From contig CAYHYM010000007.1 in the NCBI GenBank assembly GCA_964360965.1, positions 1 through 25,022 on the forward strand: a stretch of 25,022 bases of DNA. The letters run 5' to 3'. Below are positions 16,363-22,443 of the stretch, piece by piece. The DNA comes from an uncultured Gammaproteobacteria bacterium. GTDB taxonomy: Bacteria > Patescibacteriota > Microgenomatia > Daviesbacterales > UBA10151. Numbering within the stretch: position 1 is the first letter of the stretch; each line of letters starts with the position of its first letter. The position numbers and the translations under genes are program-made. The notes beneath the pieces are model-generated. The model did not search any database and was not told the DNA's origin. It worked only from the letters and a program-made list of their open reading frames with translations.

Positions 16363-17547
16363 TTAGGCAATTATTTTGGTAATAACTCCTGCTCCAACGG
16401 TTTTTCCACCTTCACGGATAGCAAATCTCAAACCCTCTTCCATGGCAACAGGGGTAATCAGTTTTCCGGTAATTTTAACAGTATCACCCGGCATGGCCAT
16501 TTCTACACCTTCCGGCAATTGTACTTCACCAGTCACATCTGTAGTTCGAATATAAAACTGCGGTCTGTAGCCTTTGAAAAATGGTGTGTGCCTTCCGCCT
16601 TCTTCTTTGGATAAAACATAAACCTCTGCTTCAAATTCTGCATGTGGGGTAATTGATCCGGGTTTTGCTAAAACTTGACCTCTTTCCACATCATCTTTTT
16701 CAATTCCACGAAGAAGAACCCCTGCATTATCTCCTGCCTGACCCTCATCCAAAAGTTTATGGAACATCTCAATTCCCGTAACCACACTTTTTTTGGTAGG
16801 CCTTATTCCCACAATCTCCACCTCTTCATTTACTTTAACTTTGCCTCTTTCAATTCTGCCTGTGACCACAGTTCCCCTACCTTTAATGGAGAAAACATCC
16901 TCAACTGCCATCAAAAATGGCTTATCCACATCCCGAACAGGAGTGGGAATCCACTCATCAACTTTGGCCATCAGCTCTTCAATTGATTTGACAGCTTCCG
17001 CATCACCATCCAAAGCTTTCTTGGCTGATCCTCGAATAATTGGGGACTGGGGGTCATATTCATATTTTTTAAGTAAATCCCGAATTTCCTCTTCCACCAA
17101 ATCCAAAAGCTCAGGATCATCCACCATATCTACTTTATTAAGATAAACCACAATAGCAGGAACGCCTACCTGACGAGCCAACAGCAAATGTTCACGAGTC
17201 TGCGGCATTGGGCCGTCTGGCGCGGAAACTACCAAAATTGCCCCATCGGTTTGAGCAGCGCCGGTGATCATATTTTTGATATAATCCGCGTGACCGGGCA
17301 TGTCTATGTGAGCGTAGTGTCTTTTTTCTGTCTCATATTCCTGGTGGGAAATGTTAATGGTGATACCGCGGGCTTTTTCCTCAGGGGCGTTGTCAATCTG
17401 ATCTACAGTACGGACCTCGGCCATGCCTTTCGCAGCTAAAACTTTGGTGATTGCTGCAGTTAAGGTAGTTTTACCATGGTCAACATGACCCATGGTACCG
17501 ATATTGACGTGTGGTTTGCTTCTGTCAAACTTTTTCTGTTCAGCCAT
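16363..17547 (-). CDS. tuf: Elongation factor Tu
   Basis: Start taken at [29 protein letters not shown] (ATG at 17547, with AAAGGAG 2 nt upstream). G1-G4 motifs are present ([20 protein letters not shown]). The 23-codon ORF-track extension lies in a GC-rich hairpin and was rejected. Confidence 0.96.
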   Translation of the reverse strand: MAEQKKFDRSKPHVNIGTMGHVDHGKTTLTAAITKVLAAKGMAEVRTVDQIDNAPEEKARGITINISHQEYETEKRHYAHIDMPGHADYIKNMITGAAQTDGAILVVSAPDGPMPQTREHLLLARQVGVPAIVVYLNKVDMVDDPELLDLVEEEIRDLLKKYEYDPQSPIIRGSAKKALDGDAEAVKSIEELMAKVDEWIPTPVRDVDKPFLMAVEDVFSIKGRGTVVTGRIERGKVKVNEEVEIVGIRPTKKSVVTGIEMFHKLLDEGQAGDNAGVLLRGIEKDDVERGQVLAKPGSITPHAEFEAEVYVLSKEEGGRHTPFFKGYRPQFYIRTTDVTGEVQLPEGVEMAMPGDTVKITGKLITPVAMEEGLRFAIREGGKTVGAGVITKIIA

Positions 17548-17560
17548 AACTCCTTTGTCA

Positions 17561-17611
17561 TTCCCGCGAAGGTCATCGACTCCGAGGTCGCTCAGACTCG
17601 AGGAGCGGGAA
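17561..17611 (-). repeat. GC-rich palindromic element in the tuf 5' leader
   Basis: Minus strand reads TTCCCGC-(37 nt: TCCTCGAGTCTGAGCGACCTCGGAGTCGATGACCTTC)-GCGGGAA. The closing stem is 7 bp, and the element is markedly GC-rich against AT-rich surroundings. It ends 4 nt before the tuf SD. Confidence 0.45.
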
Positions 17612-17623
17612 TCCATTTAAAAT

Positions 17624-17640
17624 CCAGCTTACTTAGCTGG
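17624..17640 (-). promoter_or_regulatory. Short hairpin CCAGCT-AAGTA-AGCTGG followed by ATTTT (weak terminator or 5' leader stem)
   Basis: Perfect 6-bp stem with a 5-nt loop. It lies downstream of the candidate tuf promoter and upstream of the GC-rich element. Confidence 0.35.
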
Positions 17641-17650
17641 AACATATGAA

Positions 17651-17679
17651 AATATACAATAATTTCCCTGATAATGCAA
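17651..17679 (-). promoter_or_regulatory. Sigma70-type promoter for tuf-rpsJ
   Basis: Minus strand reads TTGCAT (17679-17674), a 17-nt spacer, then TATATT (17656-17651). It lies about 100 nt upstream of the tuf ATG and 24 nt after the stop of the 42-aa peptide gene. Confidence 0.4.
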
Positions 17680-17703
17680 TAGTTAAATTATAAAATGGAT
17701 CAA

Positions 17704-17832
17704 TTAAGAATTTTTTGAACGTTTACTGGGAGAATCTTTTTTACCAAAAGCAATATAAACCAAAGCAAAGGCTATAATAAGCAGTAGATACATCACACCT
17801 ATATTATTAGTAATTTCTCTAAAATCCATCAT
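17704..17832 (-). CDS. 42-aa single-TM mini protein (P3), paralog of P1
   Basis: Hand translation: MMDFREITNNIGVMYLLLIIAFALVYIAFGKKDSPSKRSKNS. AAGGAG lies 3 nt (first ATG) or 6 nt (second ATG) upstream. There is an ATGA overlap with the stop of the 65-aa ORF. 17 of 28 residues are identical to P1 across the TM segment. It is below the ORF-track cut-off. Confidence 0.6.
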   Translation of the reverse strand: MMDFREITNNIGVMYLLLIIAFALVYIAFGKKDSPSKRSKNS

Positions 17833-18026
17833 TTTCTCCTTGATTTTTCCCTCAAATACTTTGCTGCAAACAAAGCTAGTATACCATTTAGAATCTTAAA
17901 TAACAATAAAAAGATGTCCTCCTGACTCCGAAGAGAATAGAACTGAGTCTCAACAAGTGCAGCTATAAACCAAGCTGCGCCGAAGTTGACCAGAAATTCA
18001 GATATAATTTCATACCAAATTCGCAT
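17829..18026 (-). CDS. 65-aa two-TM mini membrane protein with a basic C-terminus
   Basis: MRIWYEIISEFLVNFGAAWFIAALVETQFYSLRSQEDIFLLLFKILNGILALFAAKYLREKSRRK has two hydrophobic helices and ends KSRRK. Its ATG shares one nt with the P1 stop (TAATG). The N-terminal half weakly resembles P1/P3, with E-I, V, I, L-V and F at matching positions. Confidence 0.55.
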   Translation of the reverse strand: MRIWYEIISEFLVNFGAAWFIAALVETQFYSLRSQEDIFLLLFKILNGILALFAAKYLREKSRRK

Positions 18027-18136
18027 TAGGAACGATTTTTAAAGAAAATTATATATACTAGAGGAAAAATTATTAAAACTATTAGATATTCAACAGCGAT
18101 GGCATTAGTAATCTCAGTAAAACTTCTTCCATTCAT
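18026..18136 (-). CDS. 36-aa single-TM mini protein (P1), paralog of P3
   Basis: Hand translation: MNGRSFTEITNAIAVEYLIVLIIFPLVYIIFFKNRS. No SD is visible; a TATACT box ends 6 nt upstream of the ATG, so a leaderless start is possible. DNA-level similarity to P3 is also visible (GARATTACTAAT ... TATCTA ... GTNTATAT). Confidence 0.5.
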   Translation of the reverse strand: MNGRSFTEITNAIAVEYLIVLIIFPLVYIIFFKNRS

Positions 18137-18163
18137 AAGGGTAGTATATCAGATGACAAAATG

Positions 18164-18183
18164 TTCTCGACCGAGAATATAAT
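18164..18183 (+). promoter_or_regulatory. Palindrome TTCTCG-AC-CGAGAA abutting a TATAAT box (candidate operator and -10 for ORF180)
   Basis: 6+6 perfect inverted repeat at 18164-18177 (8 of 10 matches per arm when extended to 18161-18180). TATAAT follows at 18178-18183, and ATGACA lies at 18153-18158 with a 19-nt spacer. It sits in the 111-nt divergent region between P1 and ORF180. Confidence 0.35.
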
Positions 18184-18247
18184 GAATACTGCACCCTAAA
18201 AGCTATGATAGGTGGAAAGCTAAACTAGGTTGTGGTATACATAAACC

Positions 18248-18790
18248 ATGGATTCAGAAGAAACAACTAGTCCAGAACTAGAAACAATGCGTGCTCAAGT
18301 ATGGCAGGAAGTTGAAGACAACTGGCAAAAAGAAGTTAAAAGAAATCCAAAATTAGCAGCAGATGATCCAAAAGTTGTTTATGAAGGAATAGACGAAGCA
18401 GAGATTAATCCAGAATTAAGAGCTAATTATGAGGCTGGGTTTAAGGCTAGAAAAATTGCTAATTTCCTTTATAATTTTCGATCAGATATGCCTAGTAAGT
18501 ATAATCATTTTGTAGAAGTTCTAGGACCAGACTATGTCTACACTGATACTCATACTTCTTATTCTTCTCTTCAATATGGAAAAACAATTGAGCAATATTA
18601 TGGTGAAATTGCAGAGGCTATGAAACAAGCTGGAATCTCTGTAGAAGATTGGCAAAGAATTGAAGAAGAAAGGGATAAAAAAACCTACGGTTTGACTGAA
18701 CTTAAATTTCAAGAAACCTTATTAGATATTTATACTAGACTTAGGCTGATAAATCCTAATGCCCCTAAATTTGATCAGGAACCCATCTAA
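18248..18790 (+). CDS. Acidic 180-aa hypothetical protein (ORF180); no family recognised
   Basis: ORF-track protein MDSEETTSPELETMRAQVWQEVEDNWQKEV.... The plus strand here is purine-rich, matching the coding-strand bias of the other genes in the window. No SD is visible, and no TM segment or motif is recognised. The last 69 nt overlap the 3' end of ORF115 on the other strand. Confidence 0.55.
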   Translation: MDSEETTSPELETMRAQVWQEVEDNWQKEVKRNPKLAADDPKVVYEGIDEAEINPELRANYEAGFKARKIANFLYNFRSDMPSKYNHFVEVLGPDYVYTDTHTSYSSLQYGKTIEQYYGEIAEAMKQAGISVEDWQRIEEERDKKTYGLTELKFQETLLDIYTRLRLINPNAPKFDQEPI

Positions 18791-19069
18791 CTTTACTACT
18801 AGCACCTGCCCCCAATACCAATCACTTAATTCCATTCCATGTCTAAGATTAGTCATGGCTTTATGGATACAGTGGTCATCTCCATAGAAGGTAAACACGA
18901 CAAATCTATTTGGATCTACAATCCTTACGCATCTCCCTTTGATTTCTCCTGTTTCGAGTTTCACCCTTGAGAGCTCAACATGAGCACCAAGTTCAAGAGG
19001 ACTCTTATCCTTATGGCCAATTTCTAAAGGACCAACTTTCCATCTTGGTTCTAATTCATAGAAACCCAT
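18722..19069 (-). CDS. 115-aa hypothetical protein (ORF115), start-stop coupled to fusA
   Basis: Start taken at ATG 19069 (MGFYELEPRWKVGPLEIGHKDK...), one nt after the fusA TAA (TAAcATG). The ORF-track start at 19111 lies inside fusA. The plus strand is pyrimidine-rich, consistent with minus-strand coding. No family is recognised. Confidence 0.55.
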   Translation of the reverse strand: MGFYELEPRWKVGPLEIGHKDKSPLELGAHVELSRVKLETGEIKGRCVRIVDPNRFVVFTFYGDDHCIHKAMTNLRHGMELSDWYWGQVLVVKLDGFLIKFRGIRIYQPKSSINI

Positions 19070-19070
19070 G

Positions 19071-21182
19071 TTAGTGTTCCACTCTTCCTGTAAATCCTGA
19101 GGATTCAACAATTTTGGCAGTTATATTTTGGGGTACAGGTTCATAGTGATCTGCTTCCATGTAGTAAGAAGCTCGTCCTTGTGACATACTGCGCAAAGTG
19201 GTGGCATATCCATGCATCTCTGCCAGAGGTACCAGGGAATTAATAATAGTATAATTTCCTCTTTTTTCCGTTCCCAGGATTTGAGCCCGTTTTTTTGATA
19301 AATCACCAATAATATCTCCCATAAACTCATCAGGCGTTGTCACCTCCACCTTCATAATAGGCTCAAGTAAAATCAATCCTGCTCTTTTGGCCGCATCGGA
19401 AAGGCCCAATGATCCGGCAATTTTAAAGGCAATCTCAGATGAGTCAACCTCATGATAAGAACCATCATAAACAGTCACTTGAATATCAGTCAAAGGATAT
19501 CCTGCCAAAATACCCGTATCTTCTTTCTCAATCACTCCTTTCTCAATAGCCGGAATATACTCTCTTGGTATTGCTCCTCCCACCACTTCTGAGACAAACT
19601 CACGACCCTGACCCCTTGGCAATGACTCTATCTTGATCAAACAATGCCCATATTGCCCTCTGCCCCCAGTTTGCCTAATATATTTTCCTTCACCTTGAGC
19701 ATTTACGGTAATTGTTTCTTTATAGGCAACTTGCGGCTGTCCAACATTGGCCTCAACCTTAAATTCCCTTTTCATCCTCTCCACTAAAAGCTCCAGCTGG
19801 AACTCCCCCATGCCGGCAATAATAGTCTGTCCTGTTTCAGGATCGGATTTTACTCTAAAAGTAGGGTCTTCCTCAGCCAGTCTTCCCAGAGCATAACCCA
19901 ACCTCTCCTGATCGCTTTTGGTTTTTGGCTCAATAGCCAAAGATATGACCGGATCCGGAAATAAGATAGATTCCAAAATAATTGGATAGCTTTCATCACA
20001 TAATGTATTCCCGGTGATGGTGTCTTTGAGCCCCACAGCTGCCACAATTTCACCTGAGAAGGCTTCATCTATTTCTTCCCTGTCATTGGCATACATCAGT
20101 AAGATTCTACCCACTCTTTCTTTGATCTGTTTTGAGCAGTTATAAACATAAGATCCGCTCTTTAGGGTTCCCGAATAAACCCTGATATAGGTCAGTTTCC
20201 CCACATGTGGATCAACCTGGATTTTAAAAACCAGGGCAGAAAGAGGGGCTTGAGGGTCTGCTTTTCTTTGCTCTGACTCTTGCGTTTGCGGATTTTGGCC
20301 GGAGACTTCTGCAATATCTTGGGGAGAAGGCAAAAAATCTACCACAGCATCCAACACTTTCTGAACTCCCTTATTTCGCAAAGATGATCCTGAGAGAACC
20401 GGCACAATTTTACTTTCAATTACAGCCTTTCTTAAAACTCTTTTTAACTCATCTACAGCAATCTCCTGTACCGCCAAATATTTTTCCATCAGTACATCAT
20501 CGCATCCAGCAATTTCCTCTACCAGTTTTTCCCTAGCTTCTTTTACTTCCCGGGCCATATCAGAGGGAATCTCAACCTCACTAAATTCTGCACCGGTGGA
20601 ATCACTTTCCCAAATAAAAGCTTTTTGGGTCAGTAAATCAACAACTCCCTTGAATTCATTTTCCCGTCCTATGGGAATATTATATGCAACTGCATTTGCG
20701 CCCAACTTTTCCCTAGCAGATTTTATTGTTCCCATAAAATCTGCTCCCACCACATCCATTTTATTGGCAAAGGCAATCAGGGGAACCCTGTATTTATTGG
20801 CCTGCCTCCAGACAGTTTCAGTCTGGGATTGCACTCCTGAGGCTGCATCCAAAACTATCACTGCCCCATCCAAAACTCTCAGAGACCGCTCCACCTCTGC
20901 TGTAAAATCAACATGGCCGGGAGTATCAATTAAATTAATCCTGACATCTTTCCAAAAAGTGGTGATGGCAGCAGACATAATAGTCACACCATGCTCTTTT
21001 TCCAGCTCCATCCAGTCAGTCACAGTGGTTCCCTCATCAATATTGCCGATTTTATAAGTTCTGCCTGTGTAAAAAAGGATTCGCTCAGTGGTGGTAGTTT
21101 TACCGGCATCAATATGGGCAATAATGCCAATATTTCTAATTTTATCAAGAGGAAAATCCCTTTTGGTTTTTTGAACAGCCAT
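19071..21182 (-). CDS. fusA: Elongation factor G
   Basis: 703 aa. [47 protein letters not shown] and NKMD match EF-G, and all five EF-G domains are recognisable by length and motifs. Confidence 0.97.
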   Translation of the reverse strand: MAVQKTKRDFPLDKIRNIGIIAHIDAGKTTTTERILFYTGRTYKIGNIDEGTTVTDWMELEKEHGVTIMSAAITTFWKDVRINLIDTPGHVDFTAEVERSLRVLDGAVIVLDAASGVQSQTETVWRQANKYRVPLIAFANKMDVVGADFMGTIKSAREKLGANAVAYNIPIGRENEFKGVVDLLTQKAFIWESDSTGAEFSEVEIPSDMAREVKEAREKLVEEIAGCDDVLMEKYLAVQEIAVDELKRVLRKAVIESKIVPVLSGSSLRNKGVQKVLDAVVDFLPSPQDIAEVSGQNPQTQESEQRKADPQAPLSALVFKIQVDPHVGKLTYIRVYSGTLKSGSYVYNCSKQIKERVGRILLMYANDREEIDEAFSGEIVAAVGLKDTITGNTLCDESYPIILESILFPDPVISLAIEPKTKSDQERLGYALGRLAEEDPTFRVKSDPETGQTIIAGMGEFQLELLVERMKREFKVEANVGQPQVAYKETITVNAQGEGKYIRQTGGRGQYGHCLIKIESLPRGQGREFVSEVVGGAIPREYIPAIEKGVIEKEDTGILAGYPLTDIQVTVYDGSYHEVDSSEIAFKIAGSLGLSDAAKRAGLILLEPIMKVEVTTPDEFMGDIIGDLSKKRAQILGTEKRGNYTIINSLVPLAEMHGYATTLRSMSQGRASYYMEADHYEPVPQNITAKIVESSGFTGRVEH

Positions 21183-21183
21183 A

Positions 21184-21408
21184 TTATATATCCTTTTCCA
21201 GCTCTCTGATCATTTTTTGCATCTGAGCCAGTCTGACCGAAATCATCTCTTGCTGCTCAGTAAACATTTTATAATCAGCATTTTCGGACAAATCTCCTTC
21301 TTGAGCGGCAGTGCCTCTTTTTACCATCACCTCAACCAGCTGCTTTTGCAGCTCCTGTTCCTGTTTTTTCCACATATTCAGTTTCTTTTTTTTAAAATTT
21401 TTATTCAT
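21184..21408 (-). CDS. GreA/GreB N-terminal coiled-coil domain protein, with no C-terminal domain
   Basis: Start taken at ATG 21408 with GGAG 5 nt upstream. [74 protein letters not shown], 74 aa. GDLSENADY...EQQ matches the Gre coiled-coil tip (E. coli GreA GDLKENAEYHAAREQQ). The stop lies one nt before the fusA ATG. Confidence 0.6.
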   Translation of the reverse strand: MNKNFKKKKLNMWKKQEQELQKQLVEVMVKRGTAAQEGDLSENADYKMFTEQQEMISVRLAQMQKMIRELEKDI

Positions 21409-21420
21409 CTCAACTCCAAA

Positions 21421-21450
21421 ATAAAAAAGCCCCCTCAAACACAGGAGGCT
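21421..21450 (-). terminator. Intrinsic-terminator-like hairpin plus U-tract between rpsG and the Gre-like ORF
   Basis: Minus strand reads AGCCTCCT GTGTTTG AGGGGGCT TTTTTATTTT. The stem is 8 bp (one G-U pair, 5 G-C pairs) with a 7-nt loop and a T-rich tail, followed by the SD GGAG and the ATG at 21408. Confidence 0.55.
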
Positions 21451-21458
21451 ATATCAAT

Positions 21459-21486
21459 ATTATACCTTCTTAAACCTAAAAGTCAA
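21459..21486 (-). promoter_or_regulatory. Near-consensus sigma70-type promoter immediately after the rpsG stop
   Basis: Minus strand reads TTGACT (21486-21481), a 16-nt spacer, then TATAAT (21464-21459). The predicted start lies only a few nt upstream of the terminator-like hairpin. Confidence 0.45.
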
Positions 21487-21489
21487 ATT

Positions 21490-21963
21490 TCACCATCTAA
21501 AATGGGCAAACGCCCTATTGGATTGAGCCATTTTCTGCACATCTTCCTTTTTCTTTACAGCTCCACCTGTATTTGCAGCTGCGTCTAAAAGTTCTTGAGC
21601 CAATTTTAAATCAAAGCTATGATACGCTGAATTAGACCTTGATATTGCCGCCATAATAATCCATCTAATAGCCAACGCCTCACGCCTATCACCTCTCACC
21701 TCAACCGGCACCAGATATGAAGCCCCTCCCACCCGTCTAGGTCTGACCTCCATTTTAGGAACCACATTTTGGATGGCTTGTTCAAAAATTTGCAGTGGGT
21801 CTTGTTTTTGCTGTTTGATTTGATCAAGAGCCCGATAAACTAACTTTTGGGCCAAAGTTTTTTTACCGTCTCTCATCACCCGATTGATCAATCGGTTAAG
21901 CAATATTGAGTTGTAAATAGAGTCAGGGCTTAAAATTCTTTTTGAAGCTTTCTTGCTTCTCAT
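21490..21963 (-). CDS. rpsG: 30S ribosomal protein uS7
   Basis: 157 aa. [22 protein letters not shown] and [21 protein letters not shown] are uS7 motifs. It has an ATGA overlap with the rpsL stop. Confidence 0.96.
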   Translation of the reverse strand: MRSKKASKRILSPDSIYNSILLNRLINRVMRDGKKTLAQKLVYRALDQIKQQKQDPLQIFEQAIQNVVPKMEVRPRRVGGASYLVPVEVRGDRREALAIRWIIMAAISRSNSAYHSFDLKLAQELLDAAANTGGAVKKKEDVQKMAQSNRAFAHFRW

Positions 21964-22442
21964 GATACAGCCGTCTCCCCTCCGACCGGTGCTGCTGGCG
22001 GTACAGCCTGAACTACGGGCCGTACAGGTACCATACCACTTCTCTTTGTACCATATTTACTGCGCCCTTTTTTCCGTCCGGATACTCCCTCCATATCCAG
22101 TTTCCCGCGGATGATGTGATATTTTACTCCCGGCAGATCTTTGACTCTGCCACCCCTCACAAGAACAATTCCATGCTCTGCTAAATTGTGACCAATGCCG
22201 GGAATATAAGCTGTAACTTCAGTTCTATTTGACAACCTTACCCTAGCCACTTTTCGAAGAGCCGAGTTTGGTTTTTTAGGCGTCATAGTTTTAACTAAAG
22301 TGACAACACCCCGCTTTTGAGGGTTAAAAAATTGGCTGAAACGTCGATCTTTGGCATTAAAATTACGCCGCAAGGCCCCTGCCTTGACTTTTTTGACAAC
22401 CTTTTTTCTACCTTTTCTTAAAAGTTGATTAACTGTAGGCAT
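21960..22442 (-). CDS. rpsL: 30S ribosomal protein uS12 with a Pro/Ala/Val-rich C-terminal tail
   Basis: 160 aa. [31 protein letters not shown] and [19 protein letters not shown] are uS12 motifs. About 24 extra C-terminal residues follow ([24 protein letters not shown]), encoded by a locally GC-rich stretch. Confidence 0.95.
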   Translation of the reverse strand: MPTVNQLLRKGRKKVVKKVKAGALRRNFNAKDRRFSQFFNPQKRGVVTLVKTMTPKKPNSALRKVARVRLSNRTEVTAYIPGIGHNLAEHGIVLVRGGRVKDLPGVKYHIIRGKLDMEGVSGRKKGRSKYGTKRSGMVPVRPVVQAVPPAAPVGGETAVS

Positions 22443-22443
22443 T

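Noticed and set aside
17548-17616. 23-codon N-terminal extension of EF-Tu ([23 protein letters not shown])
   Set aside because: EF-Tu aligns from [13 protein letters not shown], which has an AAAGGAG just upstream. The extension is simply the translation of the GC-rich palindromic leader element.
18521-18712. 63-aa minus-strand ORF antisense to ORF180
   Set aside because: Its composition is Phe/Ser/Ile-rich, the complement of a Glu/Lys-rich frame. Purine bias favours the plus strand here, and no start signals are visible. The call that ORF180 is the real gene is itself only moderate confidence.
19121-20068. Minus-strand ORFs 19121-19330 and 19850-20068 in alternative frames of fusA
   Set aside because: They are fully embedded out of frame in EF-G, with odd Trp/Cys-rich composition. 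They are frame-shadow ORFs.
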